Assembly (NCBI GenBank): GCA_964187785.1
Contig: OZ076409.1
Location: 20,462,001 to 20,526,000 of the forward strand
Length of the DNA: 64,000 nucleotides
DNA from: Amphiscolops sp. MND2022
Lineage: Eukaryota
Reading direction: 5' to 3'
Position 1 is the first letter of the stretch. Each line of letters begins with the position of its first letter. Of this stretch, positions 27,252-38,400 are shown in pieces. The position numbers and the translations under genes are program-made. Under the pieces are notes generated by a model. That model did not search any database, was not told the DNA's origin, and saw only the letters and a program-made list of their open reading frames with translations.

Positions 27252-28127
27252 TCACTTGCGGCCAAAGCGTTTCTTCCGAATGGGCAGGCGAGCACCCGTC
27301 CTGGGCTCTCCTCCTTGTCTGTACGAGCCCTTGCGACCACATTGCTCCTCGTCCATCCTGCACATGAACTTCTGAGCCTTCAAATTGTTCTGCTGAAGTT
27401 TGTCCTCTGGTGGTAGGCAAGTGAAGGTTATCATGGACGTCACACCCAAAGACCACACTTGATGGGCGAAGCCCCACGGGATGTACACTGTGACTCCAGG
27501 AGTCTGCTTAAACCAGATGACATCGGTGGGCATCCTGTCCTTCACTTCTTGTGCCCATTCAATCAGGGAGTAAGCAGTTTTCCTTGATTGAAGTCTCCTT
27601 CCAGCACGACGATTCTTTGCCAACCACCACAATTTTTCACCCTGTTGAAGCTGACTCATCACTGTCACTGCATTTGGACTTCCATCAAAGTGCCACCCAG
27701 TGAAGGCGCAACCAGTGCTGAAGTATAATTGGGCATCATGCATTCTGTCGGGCGGGCGAACACAACGTTGGAGCAACTCGCAATAATCCTCGTCATTTGA
27801 AGCAAGCACTGTAATTGGATAGCATTGCTTGATATATCGAGTATCAGGGTAATGCTGTGTCGATTCATTGGCAGTCCATTCAAATGCCTCACCCAACTCT
27901 GTCACAGTCCGCGCTTCCTTAGAAATTCGCTCGGCATTCTCCTCCCGGTAACGCACCACCGGACTGACGATGGCTGCGGGCTTGTTTGGGCACAATAGTA
28001 CTTCTGCGACACTCTTGCAATGAAGAACCTGATCTTCTCTCAAAGACTCGTAACTATTCCGCAAGTACTGCTCTGCTGCCTCGAGACTGTTAAACATCCA
28101 TCGATGCTGCCCCGATCTGGTATTCAT
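27252..28127 (-). CDS. JmjC-domain 2-oxoglutarate/Fe(II)-dependent dioxygenase (retrotransposon-borne, antisense)
   Basis: Intact 291-aa ORF. LYFSTGCAFTGWHFDGS (T143, H146-x-D148), QGEKLWWL (K165) and FKQTPGVTVYIPWGFAHQVWS (H222) match the JmjC HxD...H and T/K cofactor pattern. Basic C-terminus PIRKKRFGRK. Confidence 0.85.
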   Translation of the reverse strand: MNTRSGQHRWMFNSLEAAEQYLRNSYESLREDQVLHCKSVAEVLLCPNKPAAIVSPVVRYREENAERISKEARTVTELGEAFEWTANESTQHYPDTRYIKQCYPITVLASNDEDYCELLQRCVRPPDRMHDAQLYFSTGCAFTGWHFDGSPNAVTVMSQLQQGEKLWWLAKNRRAGRRLQSRKTAYSLIEWAQEVKDRMPTDVIWFKQTPGVTVYIPWGFAHQVWSLGVTSMITFTCLPPEDKLQQNNLKAQKFMCRMDEEQCGRKGSYRQGGEPRTGARLPIRKKRFGRK

Positions 28128-28185
28128 CTATCGTATCTGAAAGAAAAGGAATTTGGGATATCACGAAATCCCAAGGCCGCCGGGA

Positions 28186-28432
28186 AGTTCACGCTAATAT
28201 GACCAGAATGAACTTCATGTTAAATACTACTTGAATTTCTTCATTTATGACTTTCTAATTACTCTATGCCACGTTGCTTAACATGTTTGACTTCAATGAA
28301 TAACCAATCATATTGCAATACGTAATTGTTCACGTGGCTTCTCATTCACTCATTTGTTCAGCAAGTCAAAGAAAACGTTTGGATTTAATTCAAACTTTCA
28401 ATTTCTCTTTTTGCCACAATCGGCTCACAACA
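28186..28432 (+). repeat. 3' LTR of BEL/Pao element
   Basis: Copy of 21368-21614 (first base T>A), preceded by the PPT-like aaggccgccggga and followed by TSD ACGAT. Confidence 0.95.
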
Positions 28433-29058
28433 ACGATAACCAAATTGTGGCAATATCCACTTAGTAATAGTAGTTTTGCTGCAAACATTCAAGAAAGCTC
28501 AACGGCGAAAAAATGAAAGTTCATGCTGCTGCGTTGATCAAGATTTGACATTACCGTAATGTGACCCACACAATGTAAAGCTGTACAAGTACTAGGATTG
28601 TCCATGATTCAACATGCGAGTGGTGCGCTTTAGTTTTCAATATTTCTGAGTCAGCTGAAATATAGAAATCAGCCACACTTTTTTCCAGATTTCAATCTAC
28701 GTTTGGTCGTCAATTCTGGTAGCAGTAAGGCAGCGCTACTCCGAGTCTTTAGCTAGTTCATTCAATTCTCGTAACAGCGAAGCGAGTGAGAGTTAATTAT
28801 TCGTACGCCGAAAGCTTCGCCTGGGTTCAAAAATGAATGCGAAACGTCATATACTGTTTGTCGGTGTATGCTTTTGTTAATGCAGGTAAGTCCGAGAAGA
28901 ATCAAGGAAATCAACAAGAGTGCATTATTATTATTTCAGATATTTAAGTTATTGGTTACTGTAGCTCAAAGCGGAAGAATACTGTGCTCACAGTGGCCCA
29001 ATTTAGCAAAGAAATGCCTTAATCCCTCAACTTTTTCACACGTGATAAGCAATTGTTT

Positions 29059-32030
29059 TTAGTCGGCGTTTTCGAAGAAAAATGCGCGACTCTGACAGTG
29101 GCTAGTTTTGTCAGTTCAACGCGATCGTTCCACTTTCCCCACTGTGCACTCTTGCCATAAGTACTTAGTACTTAATTTGGAACGCATCCAAAGCCTCTAA
29201 CATGAAATAGAAAACCATTCCAAAGCAAAGGGGTTCCCGCTTTCCAGGTTTTTCGGCACTAAGAGACCCCCTTAACGGTTTGGTGAGACTTTTTTTCGAA
29301 ATTTTTTTAATGCCTCCAAAGGGTATCCCTTCAAATTTTTTGTGATATTTTGCAACAGAATGGATGTTAGAAAATCTCAAAAGGTTCCCCCTTTCACATT
29401 TTCTGGCACTGTGCGACTCTTCGAAATTCTAAGTCATTAGGTCCTCTCAATACATATCCACCAATAATTGTTTCAATACTATCCGATTTTCTTCAAAAGG
29501 TCGGTTTAAAATCAAAGCTTATATCTAATTTCTTTTTATCGAAATCCCCTCGATTTTAACTAGAAACAAAAGGTTTTGCGAGCAAAGAGGACTCCTTAGG
29601 GTTTTCGGCATTGCGACATACCGAACATATTTTGAGAACAATTTCGAAAATTTTCCCCAATTTTTCGTTTTTCAAGAGGTTGTCGGTTGAACAAAATGGT
29701 TTTTTTTACATTTTCCAGTTGGGGAACAAGTGGTTTTCGACTCTTATGCGTATCCCTTTTTTGGCACTAAAATTGATGAAATTTTAACAATAGTGTTCTT
29801 TTGCAAATTACTTTTGAACTTTGAGCGGGACGCTGACTTGGGCGTTCCCGGCTTGTTGAAACTAGACGCTTCATTTTCTGGCTCCCTCGCTGAAGTAGCC
29901 AACAAATTACAGAACTAGCCCGCAAAACCTTGGATTTATAAGTTTCCCTTTCGTTTTGCCTAATGGAGTATGTCTTCAATCGTCGCTTTATGAAATAAAA
30001 CGCGAGTACTTTTCGTCGTGTTTTTAGTCGGCGCCTTTTCCCTTAAGGAAAAAAGCCCGACTATTACAGTGGGTAGTTTTTTAGTCGGCGCCTTTTCCCT
30101 TAAGGAAAAAAGCCCGACTCTTTCAGTGAGTAGTTTTTTTTGTTTTTTTTTTCAGTTGACAATCTCACTCTGAGTGGTCCACTTTTCTTACAATTTGTTC
30201 ATCTTTCATATTTGTTCATCTTTCATATTTGTTCATCTTCCATCTTCGACCAAGCCGGAGAGCGTGGGTTCGATTTTAATGCTTCCAAAAATACAGGTGA
30301 GACCAAAGGGTCCCCCCTTTGGGTTTTTTTCGGCACTCTGCGACTTTTTTCGAAAATTTTCGAATTTTATCAAGGGGTACCCCCTTGCATTTTTTGAAGT
30401 TCTCGGTTTGTAGAAAACGTTGAATGAGCCTGAATGGCCTCTTTTTGAGTTTTTCGGCATTGTGCAACTTAAAAATACTTTTTTCGAAAAAAAAATTCAA
30501 AAGTAATTTTTTTGAAAAATTTTTTTTTCCAAAAATTTCCAGTAGCTGCTCCTTGAATATTTTTGAGCCTAAGATATGGCGCCGACTTGGGACGTTCCCG
30601 TCTTGTTTTCTTTTTCAGCTGACAATCTCACTCTGAATGGTCCACTTTTTTTACAATCTTTTGTTCATTTGTTCAACTAATTTTCTGAGAAGCAGCAGAG
30701 AATTTTCTGAGAATCGTGGGTTCGATTCTCGCACTGAACCACAAATTTTTTATGCTTCCAAAAGTAGAGGCGAGACCAAAGGATCCCCCTTTTGGTTTTT
30801 TTCGGCACTATGCGACTTTTTTTCGAAATTTTTGAATTCTATTAAAGAGTACCCCCTTGCATTTTTTTGACGTTTTCGGCTTGTAAAAACGTTTAATGAG
30901 CCTAAATGGCCTCTTTTTGAGTTTTTCGGCATTGTGCGACTTTTTAAAAAATACTTTTTTTGAAAAAAAAATCCAAATGTTTGCAATAGTTGTTCCTTGA
31001 ATATTTTTGAGCCGTAGATATAGGACGTTCCCGTCTTGTTTCCAATCCAATTTCATGCTGAATGCCAATACCCTAAATTCGACAAAATTTCTAAAAATTA
31101 GCCAATTGATCGGAAAGGTCTCCCGCTCTCATTTTCACATACTTATTCGTATTCAAAAAGAGTTTGAGTGTAATTTTTGGAGTTGTGCGACTTTTTTGGA
31201 AAGCGGGTTTTTACGGGATTTTTCGATAGAAGAAAAAAGGTTTTGAGACCAAAAGTTTCCTTGTGGGTTTTTTGACAATGTTTTCTTTCAAAAACAATTT
31301 CACGGAGTTCGAGGAAAAAGCGTTTTTAAGTTCAAAAAGTCCTTCCTGGCGGAGGTTCTTGACGCTTTGAGATACTTTGCTCTTTTTAGTCGGCGCTTCA
31401 TGAAGTGAAACGCGACTATACTAGTGACTCTTTTCAATTTTTTTTTCATTTCACACGAACTGGCCAAAATAGTTCTACCAAATTTCCACAAAATTTTAAG
31501 GTGCCAAGTTGTACCATTTGGCCCAGGGAACTGAGCCATAATAGTTGTTCCTTTTTACCATAACATGCACAACCGAACGAGACTGAAGGTTTCAGTAGTA
31601 ATTTTCAAGTCACCGAAAACTTCCAAGCAAACTTTATTTTTTCATTTTTTTGTTTCCTCAGAAGAGAGGTTTTTGCGAGGTTTTTTTCATTTTTCCTTTT
31701 CCACCAGTTTTTGCCTGGGGCTACTTGACAGCTTGAATGAAAAATACTTTTCTTTTTGGACTAGCGGTTAGTGCTGGAAAGCAGATGTACGTGTGTTCAA
31801 ATCCCACGTTGTCATTTTTTTGTGATGTTTACAAAGTCGACACCAAATGGTCACTGTTTAGGGTTTTTAGTCGGCGCTTTTATTAATAAAAGAGCCCGAC
31901 TATTACAGTCACTCGTTTTTTTTCTTTTTTTTTCAAACAGACTCTTTGCGACGATTTTTTTTGTTCAGTTTGTTCAACTAAACTAATACCTGGGAAACGC
32001 ATCTAAGCTACCGCAAAGGGCCCCCTTTCA
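29059..32030 (+). mobile_element. Cluster of tandem/nested HINE (DINE-1-like) copies
   Basis: 5' ends ttagtcggcg at about 29059, 30024, 30081, 31386 and 31867; 3' ends (gcgccgacttggg..ttcccg.cttgtt) at about 29857, 30607 and 31040; shared internal repeats. Confidence 0.6.
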
Positions 32031-32472
32031 GTTTTCACTTTTTAAACGGCCGAAAAAAGCCAAGTGTCTCAATGTCCTTTGGTCTCAATCGAAAATTTCT
32101 AGCTAAAATTGTGAAAGAATCAAAAGGGGACCACTTCAGATCTTGTACTGAATCTGTTCAAAAATTGGACCAAACTTTCATCGAAATAGATTGCACTGCC
32201 GAAAAAATCTAAAGTGGAATTTGTGGAATTGGAACTGCCATCTAAATTGTGGAATTGGAACTGAATTAATTGTAATTGGAAATTGTAGGTGCACATCTGT
32301 TGTTTATTTGGGATTTTTGCAGTTGCTGGAATAATACGAGCTCCGAAAGATCGATTATTTTTTGTCTTTGTCTCTCATCAATGCTTCCAGTTTGATAGAC
32401 GTGTCTTCTAGACTCTGATACCAAATTGTACAACTTGGTAAAATTTGCTTTGGGATATTTTCAGAGATCAAA

Positions 32473-35400
32473 ATGGTCTGGAGTCCTTTCGCCACCCCCA
32501 ACTTCGCATCAATGACTAGTCAGCGCAATGCTGCTGCTGCGTCAGCTAGTCAACCAATCAATCCTGCCCGCACATTGACCGCAGCTGCTGCAGCCCCTGC
32601 TCAAGGTTACCATTCTTTTTCATCATCTTCCATTCATCTATCCTTCCAATCGTACGGCTACAATTCATATCAATCAAAACTCACCTCACAAAATTAATCC
32701 AAATAATTTGTTAATTAGCATTAAAATGCGAAATGATTCCAAATAAATTTTCGAATGTCTAATCGCAACTAGCTATAATTTTTTTTGGAGTATAATTTGG
32801 GCATTTCTAACCTGATGACGAACCCGATATGAGTTGTCGCTTGATATGAGTTGTCCCTATGCCCCTTCCAATGTAATGAAAATCTGCACGAATGCAGCAG
32901 TCTTCAATGCCCATTTGAAAAATGAATGCAATAGCTGATTGCCATGTGCTGTGCCCAAGAAGTGTTTAGTCAGTTTTCTATAAAAACACTTGAATCAAGA
33001 GGAAGAATTCAGAAACCATTGCATGCAACATTTGTTTCATTGAGTGATCTAATGATTGGCATATTCGGCGACCGCGTGATTGTCCCAGCGATCAACTTAC
33101 CGACTGTTGAGGTAATCGATGCGATCGTCTATAATTTGATTGCGGCGCAACACTAACTCGATATGATTTCGGTGATACACAAGTTCAATCGATATCGGAC
33201 GAACAAACTTTCTAGATTTTTGTGAGAAACTTTTGAGTTCTATTGGCCCATTGTGCTTGGTCATTTTTTTGTTGGTCGCATTGTTCAACACCTGAATCTA
33301 ATAATCTTCCAAAATACTTCCGTTAAGTTTAATCTAGCACAACTCCAACTGATTTTCCATTCGTTCTTATTGCATATTTGCATAGTATGTATGAAAATGG
33401 AATTTAATTACCGAATTTTTAGTTTTCTTGAGCAAAAGGAAAGAATATAGTAGCGACTTTTTTACGACAGGTTTCACGAGTGTCATTGCACATGACGAAG
33501 TCAATGTGCATTGCAGTCCAGCTAAAGAAGTTTTTTAGTTTTTTTCCACAATAGTCAACTTGATAATGAGCGCCTTTCAGAAAAGAGCCAAAACCCCAGA
33601 GAGATTCGAACCTGCAGCCTCCCGATTGCACGGCATAAGCGTTGACCACTGTGCCATAGGGACGTTATTGAACAAAGTTGAACTGTTGAATATATACGCA
33701 TGCGATTGAATATGTACGATTTATATATATACAACGTAGAGCTATCTGTAATATATATACAACGTAGAGCTATCTTTAATATATATACAACGTAGAGCTA
33801 TCTTTAAAATAATCGATGTTTTCGTCATGTGTTGCGAAGCACCGCTTCGCCTCTGTGTAAATTTTGGATCTCACCAACCTTAATATTTTAATTTTTTGTC
33901 AAATTAAATTTTGGAACGTACGGGAACACCAAAGGTTCATATCTTCGACGTTGTTTCGGCACCGTGAGACCGTTCCGAAATTTTATTCACTGTTATTTTT
34001 AAGCATTTTCCCATTGCTCCTGGGATTCGGCTTTGCCTTCAACTAAATCTAATCGGAGTTTTTTGTGGACTTATGAGGTCTGTATATACAATTATATTTG
34101 TTAAATTGTTCGCTCACTTTTTCTTTGCCGAGCCATTGAGACCGGAAGATGTTCGATTTTTTTTCCTAAAGGCGTCTCTAAAGAGTATCTGAAAAATGCC
34201 GCCTTACCATTGCGCCTCTTGTTTGAGATTCAGTAGGTGTTTAAGGAGAAATAAGTGTATACTAGTGTTATTCGGGATACTTTTCTGGACAAGATACTTT
34301 TCTTAGATCATAACTAAATGTTCAACCGTCCAACCCGTCTACATTTTCACTCGTTAGCTTTCAATCGCCGGTCGAAGTTACTAATGATGATCTAAAAGAT
34401 GTGCAATAGACCCAAAATCTGAAGAGGACCAAATTATTGCAAAGGGTCTGCACTTTCACTTTTTGGCATTTTTATTCGAATCAAAAATCTGAATATAGGG
34501 TTTTTCAGCACCGTGCTACATCCGAAATTTATTCATTTTTTAAAAAAGTTCCCGCATCGATTTTCTTGATGTTTTCATTTAGATCAAAAGCCTCTAAATT
34601 TTTAAACCCAAATGGCCCTTCTTTCAGAAAGTTTTTTCGAGTGCGTTCCCGGTAGGTTTTTACTTATCTGACTCTTTTAGCTAGTCTAATTCTCGCAGTA
34701 GCCACGGAGCTCCTCGACAGCTTCCGACAAAAATAATTTCAAGAAGTTACCTACAAATTGAAAGTTGCATTGATTACGAAAATTGCATCAAAGTAAATCG
34801 AAGATTGGGCGTTGTTTCTGAAACACTGTGATTTGAAAGTTGACTAACGAAGTTGATCAGGGCAATTGCTATAAGGACGTGTTTGTCGGCGCATTTCTCA
34901 AGAAAATGTACCTGTCCATAACGTTACTAGTTTTTTCTCCAAACCACAATTAAATTCCTAGGGAGCCTTATTGAGTTTTCCTTATTTTCATTTGACCTAC
35001 AAAATCATAGATCAAAGTGCCCCGTCCCTCCTTTAGGTGTCCTTACAATGCTACTTTTTTGAAATTTTTATAAATCAAAAAGTGTACCTATTGGTTTTCA
35101 GGGAAAACCGTATTCTGAACCCAAAGGGTAATCATGTGAATATTTTTCGACACTGCGAGATATTGCGGTATTCTCATGAGAACAGTTTTTTAACATATCC
35201 AAACAACTTTAGCTTTTTTGAGCTTTAAGTTGTATCGACTTCAGACGCTTCCCTTCATCATATCACGTTTCGGCGTCAATTCTAATCGATCGAACTCCTA
35301 AATGTACTACAGTTACCTACTAATTTCATTGAAAAGTTCCTCTTTCGAGGAAAACGGAAATTAGACTTAGTCATCGTAAAAGACGTGTTATTTCGAACAT

Positions 35401-38400
35401 GACTTGATAGATTGGGTTGAACAATTTGGTGTTCCAAGATCACATTATTTGCAACTCTATGCTTTCTAGCACTTTGCACTTCCGTTTCACGTGAAGTATT
35501 GAGCACTTTTTTGTTCACAGTGAGAAATATGTTGAGTATATTTCTGCAATTGATTCGTTACATAATATCAATCTTCGTGAATTCTATGAAACGAGTTTCC
35601 TTGAAAATCAAAGTCGTAATGAGTTTGTTCATTGAAACCCCGAAAAGAATATAAAGATAGAGTGGAGCGCATGCACTTTTCTAATTCGGGCTAAATTTTT
35701 GAACCAAAGCAAGACCGCAAGTTCTCCTGTTTCACTTGACAAGTGACAAAAACCTTCTTTACTTGACAAGTCACAAAAACATGAAACTTCCTATCTATTT
35801 TTAGTTTCCAAATTGTTTTGAACATTTCTTTGTGAACAGTTTACAACACAATCTCATTTTCACGTTTCGCGTCTATGTGGGGTCCTGGTTCAATGCTGGT
35901 TGAAGATTTATTCATTTGAAAATCTTTCATTTGTCTTCGAGTTTTTTAATGGGTAAATCAAAATCTCGTTATTAAAATAAGTGACTGCTCTTGAAACTCG
36001 GTGTTATAGTTTTTTGGCAGATTTTACATTTTAAATCTTTTTAGGATTACCCGAACACAAAATCAAACCAAACCGTCCTTTTGATAATCTAAAATATTTT
36101 TTCCAGTGAGCTTTTTGTAACTTTTTCTTCGCGGTACGCTATAGATTTTTCGATTTCATTTTCATCAAAATTGCAATGTTGAACATAGTTTCATCGAAAG
36201 AACTGCAATCTATGTGTAGATTGCCTTGAATGTTACAAACTTATTACGACTTGATTGCTTTTGTCTAATAGAGGAGTTCAATTCCCGCTTTATTTGTGAT
36301 TATGACAAAATTTTTGACAATGCCAAAAACGGATACAAACATATTCATGAGATTCTCTTCCTTCTGTTCTATATTATTCTTCATTATTATCTCGACTCCA
36401 GATGGCGATATATCTGGTGTGCTTCACAATGAGTTTGCTTTTTAGTTAACGCTGAGTATTTACCTTGAAAGTAGAGTTGTATTGGTCTCCGGTATCCGGT
36501 CAATTATTAAATATCCGGTATCTGGTTAGCAAAAAATGGCCGGACATTTTCCTTAAAAACTGTTTAGGTTTGAAAAAAAGGTTATCAACGGCGTGGTTGA
36601 ATGATTACCGCTATCCGTTTTTGTTGCAATCCGATTGATTGCATTGCGCATTATAATGCTCCATAGCGGTTAAAAAATCCAAATTTTGTCAGTATGTCTA
36701 TCCATTGATCTGAAAAAAAGTAAAATGTACATCAGAACGAAAAAACTTTAAAAACGTATTGAAAACTATCCGGTATCCGGTGAGTTACCCGGTTACAAGC
36801 CTACTTGAAAGTTCTACGTTTCACTTACATTGAAGTTCGGTTAAATTTAATGTTATTTCACAAGGAATACCAATTGTTTTCGAACCTCGGTAGGTAGTAC
36901 AGCGCGAAGGCAAAAATGTACGATTTGTTCATAACTGTTTTTGCAATACACTTTTTTGAACAAATAATAGCTCAAAACAGTCGTTATATTACCACTCCCA
37001 AGTTTTTTTCAGTTTTTCGTTTTCGATATAATTCAAAACGGAAGCTTTTACAGCTCACCACAATTAGTTCATATGGTTTTGTGTAAAATACCAAACAAGC
37101 AGAGATGGCAGTGACCCGTTATTCAAGTTTTCGTTAAAGAGTGTATTTTGAAGAACGCGATATTTTGAAGAACGAGATCCGCTATTTTATCCACCGCTAC
37201 AGCAATCGATATCGCTATTTCATCCTTCAAAATTTCGTAAGTGACCAAGTCCTGGTTTTGGGAGAAAAGAAAAACCCTTGGGTGCATGATTAATGCGCTT
37301 TTTCCAAAAGCTACATTTTCTCGGAACAAGCGTTTTTTCTCCAAAAATACATTTTGGCATAATTGCAACACAGGGATTTTGTTGACATTTCAGGCTTCGC
37401 GATATTATCGCGCATTGGTGGGAAATACCTGCGCGTTCACAATTTTACCCGATGTCTTTTAGACCACAGGTTGATGATTTTTGATTTTTTTTCGGTATTT
37501 TTGTTTCAATTGCAACGCTTTGAGACAGAACGGTCCGGTCCCTTTCAATTTTTTTTGGCTATATGCCAAATATTTTTTCGATTTCCCCATTTTTCAAAAG
37601 GGTCCCTATTTGATTATTTTCTGACCGTCTGAGACTTTTGTGAATTGGTTTTGCAATTCTTTTAAAAGTCCTTTGCGCTTTTCGAGCCCTAAGCAAGCCG
37701 TCATGCCATCAAGCTATGCCATTCTTGACTTTCTATCTTCTTAAGATCCTTTCATCTCAAACATCTTCAGATATAACGAATTTGAAAATAACGATTATCA
37801 TTTATGAAGAATTTTGGTTGTAGATATTCTTATTCTGTAATATTTTACGTTGTTGCTAAATGTTGCGTATACATGTAAAGGTCTGTAAAGAGTATCGACT
37901 AAAAGCATTGATTTTGACAGTACGCCAAAGAGCAAATGAAGTAAAACAGCTGAGGCAAGCCAAAAAGTTTTTTTCCCAACTGACACTTTTTGTAATGATT
38001 AAAAAATCAAAGACATTTAAGTGCATTCGAGGGGTGCATATAACTCCAGAGACAAAACTTTTACATGTGATGAACCATGTTGTTACTTCATGAAAATTTA
38101 GTTACATAACTTATCAGGCGGATATTACTTGGTAAGGATTTCAATAAAAAAATTGCGATGAAACTGTTCCAGAAAACAGATCACCGAAGTTTGTATCAGG
38201 TTATATAATTTGTTACTGAAGTTTTCCAGTGAGCATAGCGTCAAACTGCAGAATCTTTTTAACTGTCAATTTTTGGTCAAAGCTCCGAATAATTCCTTGG
38301 AATGCCTCGTTTCTAATTGGCGTTTTTAGACTGCCAATTACAAATTCCAAATACGGCGGCGGAAATGCCAGTTGGCCTAGTGATGAAAGCGTTGGCTTTC

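Larger units (their letters stand above)
21368..28432 (+). mobile_element. Full-length BEL/Pao LTR retrotransposon with extra antisense JmjC ORF
   Basis: 247-bp LTRs (21368-21614, 28186-28432) differ at about 5 positions. 5-bp TSD ACGAT (21363-21367 / 28433-28437). PBS follows the 5' LTR and a PPT-like tract precedes the 3' LTR. gag-PR-RT-RH-IN order with BEL/Pao motifs. Confidence 0.97.
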
